A stretch of 63,995 nucleotides of DNA, filler included, from Atractiella rhizophila (Eukaryota): assembly GCA_021432655.1 (NCBI GenBank). It is 4 parts of 4 records of this genome, joined end to end, with 100 filler letters (N's around TTAATTAATTAA, not from the genome) between each part and the next. Parts side by side here need not be neighbours in the genome. Positions count along the whole stretch, not along the records: positions 45,747 to 63,995 come from MU271499.1; 3 more parts are not named here. One strand, given 5' to 3'. The number at the start of each line of letters is the position of its first letter. The stretch's first letter is position 1. A program made the translations under genes and the position numbers. Positions 47,544-61,313 of this stretch are shown piece by piece. The notes beneath the pieces were generated by a model. It had not been told where the DNA came from and did no database searches. It saw only the letters and a list, made by a program, of their open reading frames with translations.

Positions 47544-47993
47544 NNNNNNNNNNNNNNNNNNNNNNNNNNNNNNNNNNNNNNNNNNNNNNNNNNNNNNNNN
47601 NNNNNNNNNNNNNNNNNNNNNNNNNNNNNNNNNNNNNNNNNNNNNNNNNNNNNNNNNNNNNNNNNNNNNNNNNNNNNNNNNNNNNNNNNNNNNNNNNNNN
47701 NNNNNNNNNNNNNNNNNNNNNNNNNNNNNNNNNNNNNNNNNNNNNNNNNNNNNNNNNNNNNNNNNNNNNNNNNNNNNNNNNNNNNNNNNNNNNNNNNNNN
47801 NNNNNNNNNNNNNNNNNNNNNNNNNNNNNNNNNNNNNNNNNNNNNNNNNNNNNNNNNNNNNNNNNNNNNNNNNNNNNNNNNNNNNNNNNNNNNNNNNNNN
47901 NNNNNNNNNNNNNNNNNNNNNNNNNNNNNNNNNNNNNNNNNNNNNNNNNNNNNNNNNNNNNNNNNNNNNNNNNNNNNNNNNNNNNNNNNNNNN
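47544..47993. other. Assembly gap (450 N)
   Basis: Run of N that removes the 3' end of the glyoxylate reductase gene. Confidence 0.99.
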
Positions 47994-49181
47994 TTCCAAT
48001 ATGCTATCGAATCCGCATGAGCACTCAACGTGAAGAAAAGGAAGGTGTGAAACAACTCACAGGGAAAATGACGCATCTAGGCAGCTTCCCCAGACCCTCG
48101 CTCCCCTTCACATTCGGTTCTCCCTCGACCACATCCAGACCAGCACCCCATATCTTTTCCTCCTTCAAAGCAGCCTCTAAAGCTTTATTGTCGACTATCG
48201 GTCCTCTAGCAATATTGACCAACACCGCCGTCTTCTTCATCCTCGCGAGGAAGACTTCATCTACAAGGTGGAACGTCTTTTCGTTCAGACTGCATCCGAC
48301 GATCAACACGTCGCTCTCCACCGCCAACCGGTCCATCGAATCCACCGGCGTCAGTTTCCCGTCTTGAAGAGAGGGATGGGAGAGCAGTCCGTAGTGATCG
48401 GAAGAGGAAGAAAGTGGGGAGCCAAGTTGGGGAAGTTGTGTAGATGGCGCGGGAGATTCCGAAGGGCAACAAGCGGAGGAGGAGCGCTTGGGATATGCGT
48501 CCAAAGCCTAGGAAGCCTACGGTCGCTTTGGAGAGTGAAGGCCCCCAAAGCATCTCGGGAGACCAAGGAGTGACAGGCCACTGTTGGTCATACAACCTTC
48601 CGTGTAAGAATATTGCAGTGAATTGGTGTATTATGGAGGACGAACCCTGTCTTCCTGCACGAGCCGGATTGCTTCTCCTGCTCGCCTCATTGCTGCCAGA
48701 ACGAGGAGCACGCCGAGATCTGCGACTGCATCCGTGAGGACGTCTGGAGCTGGGTGCGACTCCACTTGTTAGTTACGTCAATGATTGATGGAGGAGGGAA
48801 CGGCTCACTGACTCCCAAACGAATATTCCTCTTCTTCAGAGCGCCAATGTCAATGTGATCGAAGCCTGCAGACATGGTGGAGACGACCTTAAGGGACGGC
48901 CCAGCCTTGTCCAAGAACTCTTCGTCCACCTATGAACTCACATATCCATCTTCAGCACTTAATACAAGGATTGATTGAAGACTCGCCTTCTCAGTCAGGG
49001 TCAAAGCTACGCCCTCTGCGCCGTGGATGTTCTTCAAGAGCCATTCGCGATCGCATACCTTGTCCTCTGGCTCGGGATAGATGATCAGGTCGAGATCGGC
49101 GGCTTCTTTGAGCAGGGAAAGCCCTTCAGAGGGGATCTGGCGCGCTACGACGACCTTGTGCTTCTGCTTTCCCGGCGCCAT
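47994..49181 (-). CDS. Glyoxylate/hydroxypyruvate reductase (D-2-hydroxyacid dehydrogenase), 3' end in gap
   Basis: AGPSLKVVSTMSAGFDHIDI, TPDVLTDAVADL, TVGFLGFGRIS, MKKTAVLVNIARGPIVD, WGAGLDVVEGEP. Confidence 0.92.
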
Positions 49182-49597
49182 GATCTCTTCAGGTTCTGAA
49201 GCGAGATCGTTGATGCAGATGGTAAGCAGGAGGAGATGATATATTCATTACTGCTGATTTGTTGTTCCGTGTGCCGCAATACAGCCAAGCACAGTCGAAA
49301 TTGAAATTGATAGTGATCTCATCGAAATAATTATGCGGCAAAGAAGGCAGTGAAGACGCAACGTGAAGTGAGAATGAGTTCGCCTGTTCTTTCACTGTCA
49401 AGGGTATTATAATTGCAGTAGTTCTAAGCAAATATGTGACCCTTTGGCATCAGGAGTCTAAGAAGTTGCCATTGTTCTCAGTATCATTTACATCCGAGTA
49501 AAAACGCTTTAACGACTCATCGATTTGATCAGAATTCCATCCTTATAAGCGCCGAAACAATCTACCACAACTTAACAGAATAATATAGCTCAACGCA

Positions 49598-51353
49598 ATG
49601 TCGTATTACAATCAGCCTCCTTACCCTCCACCACAAGGATATGGTCAGGGATACAACGTTGGATATTCTCAAGGACCACCACAGCCACCGTACCCACCTC
49701 AGGCTCCAGGAGGCTATCCAGGTGGGTTTGGACCTCCTCCAGCTCCATACTATCCTCCCAAGACTCCCTCTCCCAAGCCTTACCATCGCAATAACCCAGG
49801 CTATGCGCCATACCCACCACCACCTGCCCCATCAAGCTACGGTCCACCTCCTCCCATTCCTTACGGCGCACCACCCGGAGCACCTCCTGGCCCACCCCCT
49901 CCAATTCCAGCTCCTTACGGCGCACCTCCCCCCGGTCCGCCTGCTCCCAACCACTCCGCGCGTCCCCCGCCACCAGGAGCTCCACCCACGAACGCATATG
50001 GAGCACCAGTGCACAACCCAAATGCGCCTCCCGCTGGTGCTGGGACAGGTCAGTGGGTGAGCGGTGGGCACAGTTACGGGGACCATTCGTCCCAGGCCAA
50101 ACCGACCTATCTAGGCTGCGTCCTCCTCCTCGATCCTTCCCTCCCTCCTCCTCCTTATCCACCACCAGTATCCCTCCCCACTTATAACGCCGCCGCCGTT
50201 AACGCCGACGTCCAATCTCTGCGTAATGCCTCCAAAGGATTTGGGACGGATGAGTCCGCTCTCATTAGGACTTTGATATCGACTAAGAATGCGAACCTTG
50301 AAGTCCAAACGCTCAGAAACGCTTTTGCTCAACAGACCGGAAAGACGTTGATCGATGAACTCAAAGGAGAGTTGAGCAGCTGGTTCGAGTTCGGAATGAC
50401 AGGCGAGTCAATGTTCCGACTCGTAGGAACTGGACACTGATACGCTGTTTGCATGACAGGCATAGTTTTTGGACCAGTCGAGTTCGATGTTGAGCTCATC
50501 GAGCGCGCTTCTGCGGGTATAGGCACCAAGGAGGACTTGCTCACTGAGATTTTGTTGGGAAGGAGCTCGCAGGAGATGAGCATGCTCAAGGCTGAATATC
50601 AGAGGAGGACTCGACGTCAATTGGAGGCGAGGGTTCAAGGTGAACTCTCCCTGTAAGTCCTCCCTCCCTCCCTGCCTTCCCTTCCTTCACGAAAAAGCTC
50701 CAGAAAGTGACATGTTTTGATCGGGATCACAGGAAAACAGAACGAATGTTCAACATCGCCATGGCCGCTCGCTACGAAGATCTCCTCCAGCCACCGCAAC
50801 AGATCGAAAGCCTCTTACAAAGTGACCTCCAAGCACTCAACAACTCTCTTCGCACCGGAAGGACCGACGAGATCGGGGTCTGCTCCATCATTCTCGCGCG
50901 TTCACCAAAGCATTTACACGAGCTCCAAAAGAGGTACCAGTCCCAGAACCGGAAGACGTTGACCAAAGTCATCAAGTCCCATTTCTCCGGTATGTCTCCT
51001 CCATCTTATATCTTATGTGGTTGTTGACGACGCAAGTAGGTCACATGGAACAAGGCCTCGTCTACGTCCTGAACGGTGCGAAGAAGGACACGACTGGAGC
51101 GTGGAGAGATGCGAAGTGGATAGAAAAGTCGATGAAGGGCATGGGAACGAAAGATAACGAACTGGTGTATCGCGTCTTGAGGGCTGCTTGGAACCCTCAA
51201 CATTTCGTGCAGGTCTCGTTAGCTTATCAGAGCAAATATAAGAAGAGCTTGAAGGATCGTATCAGGGGAGAGACGAGCGGAAAGTATAGGGATATGTTGG
51301 TCGCTATTTACGATAATGCTACTAGGTTGGGAAGCGTCACCGCTTTTCATTAA
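49598..51353 (+). CDS. Annexin with long Pro/Tyr/Gly-rich N-terminus
   Basis: Annexin repeats KGFGTDESALI, AGIGTKEDLLTEILLGRS, TDEIGVCSIILARS, SMKGMGTKDNELVYRV...IRGETSGKYRDMLVA. Confidence 0.93.
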
Positions 51354-51527
51354 GTGTTCTTGTTGTGTGATATGAATACTAAATCTCCTCTATTGATTAT
51401 ATTGACACCTTTCGAGACTTGTCGTTGTCCTTTTTTGAGCTTGAGCATTGATATATACAATTGAATGTAAAGATAAGTTATGATACGACATCTGAAGCGC
51501 GAAAGTCACAAGCTCTTTCCACTGACC

Positions 51528-53420
51528 TCACTCGAACGATATGAGTGGTGTTGATAGAGGTACCTCCTGATTGAGTTGTTCAACAAGGCTTTGTTGTAAG
51601 GCGGTTCGTATCCGTTCCCACTACAAACCAGTCAGCTTGAATGCAATGTCTGGAGCGAGACTTACTTTCGAGAAATACCTCGTCCGTACGTCATCATCCA
51701 GCTTAGACACCAATTTGGAGATGGTCGCATCAAGAGGATTTCTTTCTGAAGCAGCAATATCCCAAATCGAAGAATCCGATGGCTGGCTTTGATATTCCAT
51801 CTTATGGTCCAGCACACCCTATGAAAGTGTTACGGAGTTACAACTGAGCGTCGTTGGAGGACTGACCCGGATGACTAGCTTCTGTGTGAGAACGCTCATT
51901 TCTGCGATAATGAGCTGTAATCGTCCCTTCGTCCCACGCAGAAAATTCGTCGTCCAAGGTTCGTGCCCAACGGATCGACATAACGCGACCACTGAATGAA
52001 ACGATTCTTTAAGAATCGGTTCTAGTAGTTTTCCAGCTTCTTCTCGAGCCTTAAGAACATCATCCATCGTCGATAAGCCCAAACAAGCCATGGTGAGTCT
52101 AAAGTGTTGATATGGAAACAAGACGTTGAACAAGAAAATCCAGAAGCATTTATGTGGTGGAGGGACGGTAGAAGGCGCTTGCTCAAGTTGGAGGAGACGG
52201 CTGTACCAAGAGGAGTACCAGTGATTGAGCTCCCCATGAAAAATCTTCAAGATCTTTACCCTAGCCTTCAAAGTGAAACCTGCGTGATCTTTTTCGAGCC
52301 GAAAGACCTTTTCGAGATGTTGCACCAGAGTACAAAGTTCCGCCCAAGCCGCAAGTCGAAGATCATCCTCGCTCCCTGTCGTATCGCACACCTTCATAGC
52401 GTAAAGACGGTGATCTTGGCTCGTGGTGTGAGGTTGAAGAATTTCCAACGCAAGAGCAACGCGAACGTATCGACAGTTCTCCGCTGTTGCAGGTGCCTTA
52501 TAATCGAATTGTTCTCGAAGGTCGCAACAGCGTCTACACATGCTCGTGAGGATGCAATTGCGGGATAGGACGGCATTCGTCGACGCTTCCGGAGTGGTCC
52601 AGAAACACCACACCAAGAGCGAGGCAACTAGGTCGTAATCCCAATCTCCAACTGGAATGCCCTCCAGTATTTTTCGTCCTATTCGTCCTTGAAAAGCAGA
52701 TGAGAGGATCCGCGATTGCGGTGTCGAAACAATTGGGCTCGCTGAGCAAATGGACAGTGCAGTTAATGGGTAATCTTTAACTAGGTCTGCTGTCGCGAGT
52801 TGTCGAAGTTGGGGCATAAAAGGCAGAAATGGGTGCAAGTATTTGAAGAAACTGTATTTTCCTGGTAAATAAACTTCGAATGGTATTGGAGAAGGTGTTT
52901 ACTAATCAAAGCACTCTTCTATCTGCTCGATCTTCACCAGCTTATCCACGAATGGCAGAGGCGGGGCTTCAGCGAGCAGCTGAATTTCGTTTGATAGAGG
53001 CTTATGAGCGAGGGTACATTCCAGCTCAGTCAATCGAGCTTTTATCGCACTGATTCTTCCCACCATATTCAGAACGTAGAGCAAATGTATGCGCGAGGCT
53101 CACTGAGATACCACCGTCTGCGATCCGACAGACGACGATGAACTCGAACCATTGTCAAAAACGCAGGCTACATTCCTCCTAGATCAACGATAAAATCAGA
53201 CAATACAGCTTAAATTTGTGCTAGAATCATACTTCTTACAACGGACACAGCTCCCATCCCGCTCATCGGTACTAGCAGCATCAGTAACACACTTCACTTT
53301 CCCACGTTTGCAGCGTACGCAGGCCCTATCCCATTTCCTTTAATCAGTGGGTTTGCTTTAGGAATAAGAGACTCACCTCCGGCTTCTCTGCGTCTTGCTC
53401 TCAAGTTTTCCATCCATCAT
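51528..53420 (-). CDS. Zn(II)2Cys6 transcription factor
   Basis: Binuclear cluster ACVRCKRGKVKC...SCVRCKK...CVF, and middle homology region FFKYLHPFLPFM...PLTALSICSAS. Confidence 0.85.
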
Positions 53421-53738
53421 CAATCTACAGTCAACATGGGAAAGTCAGGACGTTCTTGGCCATGGGACCCCTTTTGAAGAGCATTGGCCATCATCCGCGC
53501 TGAATCGCTCCTCGCGCGGACCAAACAGGGAAAAGGGTCACGCCGCTGATTCATCCGCGGCTCACCGACGCGGTGATAAATCAAATCGTGGCTGCTGCAC
53601 GTGTGGCTCAAAGCGGACAAGTGCGGTTGAAAGCCAGTTCGAGTTGGGAGGAATATAGGTATACTGATTGACATTGCGAAAAGTACTGTACAACGTTTGC
53701 GATGGTTGCTGGAGGATGGTGTAGGTAATAAAAATAAT

Positions 53739-54928
53739 CTAATCACCGAGCTTCTCCCGTATGCCTATTCCGATCGTGAGCGGTCGTTCCGCATTTCTTT
53801 CAAAGGAAAATGGAATGAGAGGAGAGACGCACGATCAACGATATCGAGATATGCCTTTGTAGCCGGACTCTCCGGATACTCATCTACAAAGCTCCTTCCA
53901 AAATCACAGCTCTTTCCGATCCTGGGATCAAGAGGTACCTTCCCGAGCAGTTCTACACCCATTTCAGTTTCTAAACTCTTGGCTCCTCCAGTTGACGGGA
54001 TGAAGATATCCGATTCGCCTTGACAGTTGGGGCAGACGAAGCCGGACATGTTCTCTATTACTCCTAATACCGGGATCTTCACTTTCTTGCAAAAGTCTAT
54101 CTCCTTCCTGACGTCTTGTAAAGATATTTCTTGTGGTGTAGTGACAATCACTGCCCCGTCTATTCCTGCTTCTTTGAGGTATTGTACGACGGAGAGGTGC
54201 TCGTCGGACGTGCCAGGGGGGGTGTCGACGATGAGATAGTCGAGTTCGCCCCAGTCTACGTCCTTCAAGAATTGCTTGATCATCCCGTTCTTTTTCGCTC
54301 CGCGCCAAATGACAGCCGAGGATGAGGATGGGAGAAGGAAGCCGATGGACATCAGGGATAGATTCGGTAGGACGTAGAGCGGCGACCATCCCGTACTTGT
54401 CGTTTGTAGACGTGAGGAAGAGACACCGAGCATGAGGGGAAGAGATGGGCCAGTTATATCGATGTCCATGATGCCGGCCTTTGGAGCGATATTTAGACTG
54501 CCCGCCATCCACTTGCAAGGAAACAAAACGGTAACGTACCTGTACCTCATCGTCCTCTCCGGCCAGTGCCCACCCCAGCATACTAGCGACTGTGCTCTTC
54601 CCCACTCCTCCCTTCCCGCTTAAAACGAGCACCTTCCGCTTCACCCGCTTCATCCGCTCATTGATCAACGGCAAGTCAGGATCAGGTCCCTTCGGCGCTG
54701 TAGCGCAATGTTCTTGGTTTGGGCACCCTTCGCATGAGGCTGCATGGCCGGCGAGAGTGGATTCTGTACCTGGACAGTGTTCGTTCGCGTTGGAAGGCAC
54801 CTGATGCTCAGTAAGCAACGCCGCTTAGAACTTTTGGGCAGACGAACATCTGATGGGCCGATAAGCGTTAAAGATGTTGTTGTGCTGGGAGAAGCGGAGG
54901 ATTGGATGATGATGGTAGTGGTGGACAT
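53739..54928 (-). CDS. NBP35: Cytosolic Fe-S cluster assembly factor Nbp35
   Basis: N-terminal cluster motif EHCPGTES...[76 protein letters not shown]. Confidence 0.95.
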
Positions 54929-55152
54929 AATGCTGGAGCAATCGACAAGCGAGGCGAAGAGTCAATCTCAAATCTCGACCGTTGCCCAAAAGAAGTCGGT
55001 TGACCAACCTGATCGTGAGAAAATCCTGAGAAAATTCAGCGTCTTAGCACTGAGTTTGTTGGTGAGCACGCACCTTATAAACTAGCACGCCTGACAATTG
55101 TAGAGCCTCTGCAACTGCAACTATCGATTTTGGGTGGCGAGACTGTTCTACG

Positions 55153-55183
55153 CTCACGTGAGGTTACGGAACCAAAAACGCGT
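55153..55183. promoter_or_regulatory. Candidate E-box palindrome and MCB element in the NBP35/CKS1 divergent promoter
   Basis: CTCACGTGAG at 55153-55162 and ACGCGT at 55178-55183. Confidence 0.35.
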
Positions 55184-55313
55184 TCTCTCGCCTTGTTTCC
55201 TGCCAAACAGACCAACTCACGACCATCGACTTCCCTTTCACGACCCCGAGACCTAACACCCAGAACTAGCGCCAGCAATCTGCTAACGCACGCTACAGCA
55301 GACACTTTGCGAA

Positions 55314-55762
55314 ATGCCTAAAAAAGAGCTCATGACGGCGGAGGAGCTGGAGGCGCAGAAGCAGAGGGACATTATAAAGTACTCAGATGCTATTTTCTAC
55401 TCTGCCCGGTACTCAGGTTCGTCACTTTCCTCCTCTTGCTTATGCACATTAGGATAGAGCGTAATGCGGGTATGCGGTGTAAAGATGATCAATACGAGTA
55501 TCGACACGTTATCATCCCCAAACAGCTCCTCCAATACCTTCCAAAGACAGGCCTCCTAGAAGAAGAGCAGTGGCGAGGGATCGGAATCAAGCAATCACCA
55601 GGATGGCATCATGTACGCTTTAACTTCCTCCCATGACAGAAGGCTCATGTGTCTCCTCTTAGTATCTTCGACATGGTATGCTTTCATTGAAAAACAACCC
55701 GTTCTCATGAGGGAGCCGCAGATCCGGAACCGTGGGTACTCCTCTTCAAGCGCGACCTCTAA
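55314..55762 (+). CDS. CKS1: Cyclin-dependent kinase regulatory subunit Cks1/Suc1
   Basis: [23 protein letters not shown]...[37 protein letters not shown]. Confidence 0.95.
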
Positions 55763-56213
55763 CGCTGTCCCCGATGCAAACGACTTTGATACGCTCACTC
55801 AGAACTAACGACCTCTTTTCGTTGTTTTACCGCACAATCTTGTCTACCCGTCTCACACAACATTTATGAATTTTTTCTTTCTTTTCTTGAAGTGATAAGT
55901 GTATATGCAGTGGGATATGGAGCTAATTCATTGGAATGCTCATTCATGTTTTTTCTTCTCTTCTCCAAAATTTCTCCAAAATCGTTGCTGCATATCAAAC
56001 GGGAGTTCCTATAAATGCCGATCGAACAAAGTTCGTACCTGTCACGGTACGGCCGCCGCAACTTTTACCACACAACGCCTCTAACGACCTCCTCTTCTCC
56101 CCGTCTACATCCCCATCCACCTTCCAACCCGTCCAAAAGCAGCCCTAAACCTCTCGGAAATGTCGAGATTTTCATCCGCATCAGCACAAATGTTCAAGGA
56201 GGGAAGGGACAGG

Positions 56214-59200
56214 ATGTCGAACAACCATTCATATGGCGGTGCTGACGATTTTGGGGGGATGTCAAACGGAAGGGTACGTGCTTCATCGTGAGAAAGATGG
56301 CTGGATGTCGTGTTGCGAATCTTACCACGATGGACTGGGCATCGGCCCATGATTGCCGTTTGGGATGTTGGTGTGCAAGCGCAATGCCTGGCGGAAAATC
56401 ACCGCGGTTGAAGGCTTTGCATCGGCTGCTGCAGGGAACTGTTGGACAGCCGCACCGAGCATCGCTAGAATGACTGAGTCCACGTTTAGCCTTGCTTCCG
56501 CTTTCCCAACTTCCAAGCATTTAGGCTGAGAGCCGGGTGCGGTGTTGGCGTCTCAGTCTTTATCTTTAGGGTTTCTTGGATCCCCGCCATTCTTTCTTTT
56601 TCAATAAGATACAATTACTGTATCTCCTTGTTGCCCTTGCTTTACTGATTAGCCGTTCCTCCATCCAGCCCAATCGTTTCCTCAATCCCCAGAACGGATC
56701 CTCCAACCGCTCGTCCTCTCCAAACTACTACGGATCCTCATCTCCATCTCCTTCCCATCGCCAAAACATGAGTACCTCGAACGAGTATATGTCGGGTGGC
56801 GGAGGTTATGGAAGCTCTAGTGTAAGCAGCAGAGGAGGAGGTGGAGGTGGAGGAGGAGGGAAATACGAAGAGTCGTACGATTCAGAACCGGGAGGAGGTG
56901 CAGGAGGATCTATGAACGGTAACGTCATGTCGCCTTCCTCTTCGAACGCTCGTCATTCCATGTCATACGACGAACATGGGTCCCCTCGCTCCCCAGTTGG
57001 GGGTAATCGACAATCTTTTGCACCTCCTCCCCCTAACAAAGACGCCGGCCGACCCACCGTGCCGCCTATCGCAAAGATAGGACCAATCGCTACTACCCCC
57101 GAAGGCTTGTTGAACGTGTTCATGGATATGGAAAGGGTGGTGCAGCTGCATAGTGGACGCAAATTTTATGTCGAGGGTTGGATTTTCAGGAGGATCGAAT
57201 TGGACCCAGGCGGAAAGCAAACCAAACCCATGGACCCCAATTCGCAATGGGACAAGTTTTTTGCGCAGCTTGCGGGCACTACCTTAAGTGTTTGGAACTC
57301 GAGGGAAATGGAGGATGCCGCAAAGAGAGGACAGACCGTAAGCTCACTCGTCTCTTTGTTCCATGAGATAGAGTATTGAATTGGCGAATGGCGTCAAAGG
57401 TTCCCCCGACTTACATCAACTTGCACGACTCTTTCGTCCTCCCTGTCCCTCCCTCTCAGAGCACTATGGCGCAACCTCCTCCCGCACCCTACGTTTTCGC
57501 TCTGAACAGTGCAGGGCACAACAAGATGTTATTTGCGGTGCAAGATCTCCCCTCTCTTCGGCAGTGGGTGAATGGGATCCGACTCGCCATCTGGGAGCGG
57601 GGTCGGACGGGCGAAATCTACACCGGAGCCTTAGTTGGGAAGATTGGGGAGAAGGGATTGCCAGGCGATGGATGGAAGAGTCCTCTCGCTCCTGGCAAGG
57701 GCAGGTTGGAGGGACCGCTCAGAGCTCGATTGCCTGGAGAGACGAGTTGGAGATCAGTCTGGGGAGTGGTCAGTAGTGGATCCAGCAGTGGGTCGACGAC
57801 GGCGGATGGGAAGAAAAGTCGGAGGGCATCAATACTGAGTTTTAAAGGGAGGATGGACGGAGGAGCAGGCCACTCTCCTTTTGCGGAGGATGTGCCCATG
57901 ATCAACTTCTATGAGAGCAAGAGGGATTCGAAGAAAGGGATGCCCATACAGACGCTCACAAACCTCTTCTATTGTGCTGCTGTCTTTCCCGAAAGTCCCA
58001 AACTGATCGACTCCGCAACTCTCTTCAAAATCGAGGGAACGTTCCCTCCCCTTGGAAGAGGGAAGTCAGCTGATGGCCATACTAGACCTGACGGTGATGA
58101 CATTTTGCCAAAAGGCGTTGGTGGCAGAGGAGAGAGCCAGGGTTATGCCCTTCTCATGCCTGAGGATGGCGGGACTTTGGACATGATGCGGTGGATCCTA
58201 GCAATTTTGGATGCATTCAAGGTGTGTCCGTCATCGTCAAAAACAACAGAGTTTGACAAATGCTGTAGCTTTTTGGACGACCCGCTGGTTTCGCTTTCGA
58301 TCCCCGAGATCCATCCGGCTTCTTCTTTGGCTATCCTCTCCAAACACCAGAAATGCTCTTCCTCTCTCGTGATCTCGCCGATCCCTTGGAACTTGGCCTC
58401 TACAGACCAAAGGACATCCGCGACTCCTTTCATCACATTCTTTTCGAACGAATGCGCGGTCCCATTTCCGCAATGCCTCTTTCTGCAGCGTCGGAAATGC
58501 CTCCCCACCCTGCACTCGGGAGAGCCCCAGTCCTTCCTCCGATTGGGGAGGGTACCAGTCCGGAAGATAACGGCAGAATGTCCTTCGATCACGCAAATGG
58601 AGCCGGCGTGCGACGATCAGAATCCAACACATCTTCATATCTTTCTCCAAGGAACAATGCAGCACAATTGAGGGATAGAGACATAGGTGATCGCATGGAT
58701 AAGATGAGCTTGAACGACCGCACCAAATCTTCAACCTCGACGCGGACGTCTCAGTCCCCTCCTCCAGCCAATAGTAACCACAACAGAATGAGCTCGCGAG
58801 ATCCAGAAGAGAAGAGTATCGCGTTGCGCATCAGCAATGAGTTCTCCAAGAATAACTCCCGCAGCAGCTCCCCTGGAACGACGAAGACGAACGCCGCTTC
58901 ATTTTACGCCCCTGGGGTCACAGAACAGTACAAACTTGCGGCACAAAAGGAGAAAGAAGTTAGACCGACCGATATCGTGTCCGTCCAGCCCCAAAGAATT
59001 ATTACTACCCCATCCGTCGAGAACAATGATCTAGGAGAGGACGTGATGGCCGCTCTCAATTTCATGGAACGAGCTGCACAGGTCTCTCGTGGCCCTTCTC
59101 CCAACGCCAAAGTGTTATCTACCTCCCCGACATCGATGTCCACCTTCAACACAAGCCGTGATACTGCTGCTAAACCTTCCGCTCCCGTCTCCGCATCTAT

Positions 59201-60645
59201 GTCCCCTTCTGCTTCTTACAACGAAATGCCAAAGAAGCCAGAGTCCTCCTATTCCAAGAATGCGGCTCCGGACACTGACGACGATGACGAGGATATCTCT
59301 CGGTTCGAGGATAAAGGCGAGTCGAATCATAGGCGTGAAGTATCTGCGGCACCGTCAACTACTTTCGGACGCAATAAAGCGGCGGAGAGGATGGCTGCCC
59401 AACAAGCTGCACAAGCTGGGAGGAAAGAGAATATCAGTAGACCTGGACGGGCGATGAAAGCCGCTGGTAAAGGCAGGAGGATTGCGGATGACAGTGATGA
59501 GGATGAAGAGGATGAGGAGGACCATGATAAGGATACTGAGGAGGACCACGGAACGACTGGTGGATCTATGGATCCCGTCCGCCCTCTCCCCGTCATGCCT
59601 CGGAAACAGTCAAGAAATCTCCCTGTCCCTCCGAGTCATCTCCAGGCTCACGAGGGTTCCATGTCTGCTGGCAATTATCGACGGTCTACTCCCCAAGGCC
59701 CGGGTGGGCCAGGAGCATTACGCCATCGTGCACACGAGGATTTCGAAGCGGGGCATTCTCCATCTCCTTCGTACGGTGGTCAGGACGGCCAAAATGAGAA
59801 GAAGATGCAGAACGCATTCTCGCCTCACGGACTTCTCGCATCCGGAGTTCAGGCGAAGGAGGAGCGTTCGGCGAAGATGAAGGAAACATTAGCTCGCGAA
59901 ACTGGCGGCACACTTATCGACGTTCCTTCGAAGCCTCCTCCGCCTCAGACCGGCCTGTTAGGAGCGATTACTGCTCACGAACAACACTCGAATCGGCCAG
60001 GTGGTGTTGGGGCAGCGTTAACGGAGAAAGAAAGAGATAGGAAGAAGGCAGAGATGCAGCAGAGAGAGATGGATCAGATGCAACAGCAGATGATGGGTGG
60101 ACCCGGAATGTTCCCTTTCCAGCAAGGATTTTACGGAATGAATCCGATGATGGGAGGAATGGGCTATCCTATGGCGCCGTTCGGGTTCGGGTTCGTCTTT
60201 CATTGCCTTTAGGAGATTTCTGACTGAGATTGATTTACACTTTAGGATGCCGGGCATGCAAGGCAACGTCGATCCTCAAGCCGCAATGCAACAGCAACAA
60301 GCAATGATGGCCGCCCAAACCGCCTACTTCCAAGCGATGATGATGCAGTCTGGAGGAATGCCAACTGGAATGTCTTCGATGCCAGGAATGCCGATGCCCA
60401 GCGCACCTTCTCAAATGGGCATGTTCCCAATGGGGCAGTTTCCCATGGGCACTCCAATGGGTGGTTTTCCGGGAATGCCTCCTCAGTCAGGTTACATGAC
60501 ACCCATGGCGACTGGAATGCAGCAACAAATGCCGCTGGGTGGAATGAACACAAATTTCGGTACGAGCCCTGTCACTGCTCCTCGACCTCTTCCTCAAGAA
60601 GGCGGTGGACATTCTCCCCCTTCTCCCCAGAATCACGATGGTTGA
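56214..60645 (+). CDS. PH-domain protein (Skg3/Caf120-like) with disordered Met/Gln-rich tail
   Basis: HSGRKFYVEGWIFR...WDKFFAQLAGTTLSVW...VPPTYINLHDS...FALNSAGHNK...WVNGIRLAIWE...EIYTGAL, AVFPESPKLID, SKPPPPQTGLLGAITAHE. Confidence 0.85.
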
Positions 60646-61313
60646 TCAAGTGGATCAAACATAACTCTAGCATACTGTTTAGGTACATAGTCAAATTTTC
60701 TCTCATCCTGTCGATGCTGGGATCGGATGGGAAACTGACAATTCAATCTGTTTTGCTGCCTTTTGGGATATCTCCTGCTTTTTCGATGATTTCTTTTAAT
60801 AATTTCCGTTCCCGTTTCAGTCTTCCAAAAGAACAACAACACGAACGTTTTCTCTTAGTTACTAGTATGGTTGGATTGCACATTCGTTTCGTGGCATTCT
60901 TTGATTCTCTGGATTCAAAATACTCTATCACCTTAGTTGGCGTTATTTCCAAAGCCAATGATATATCCTCTCCTTATTGCTGGGAAACCTGCCTTCCGCA
61001 GTGCCTTCGTTGTGCCTAGAGCTGTAGATGTATATTTCAATCAGTAACGTGAAATTTACACACCTCATGTCATTTTATCCAACCTTTTTATCCAACCATC
61101 CAACTATGTCTGTCGTGACCTGGTTTGCCCTGGGTCATGCTGTTATGGTGGCACCTGATCAACTTTATTTGCGCCTTCCTTCTTTGGACGCTTCTACCGA
61201 CGCCATCTTTGACCAAGTCAAACTCGCCATTTACACATTCGTCCAGTGCTCGTTTGCCTTCTTTTGTGTTTTTTTCGTGTCTGACATTCTCTTCTGTAGT
61301 AATCCCCAAAATA

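Noticed and set aside
56515..56560. TPP riboswitch suggested by CTGAGA and GGGTGC
   Set aside because: The motif order is wrong and the GAACTTGATC...TAATAC...GCG core is missing.
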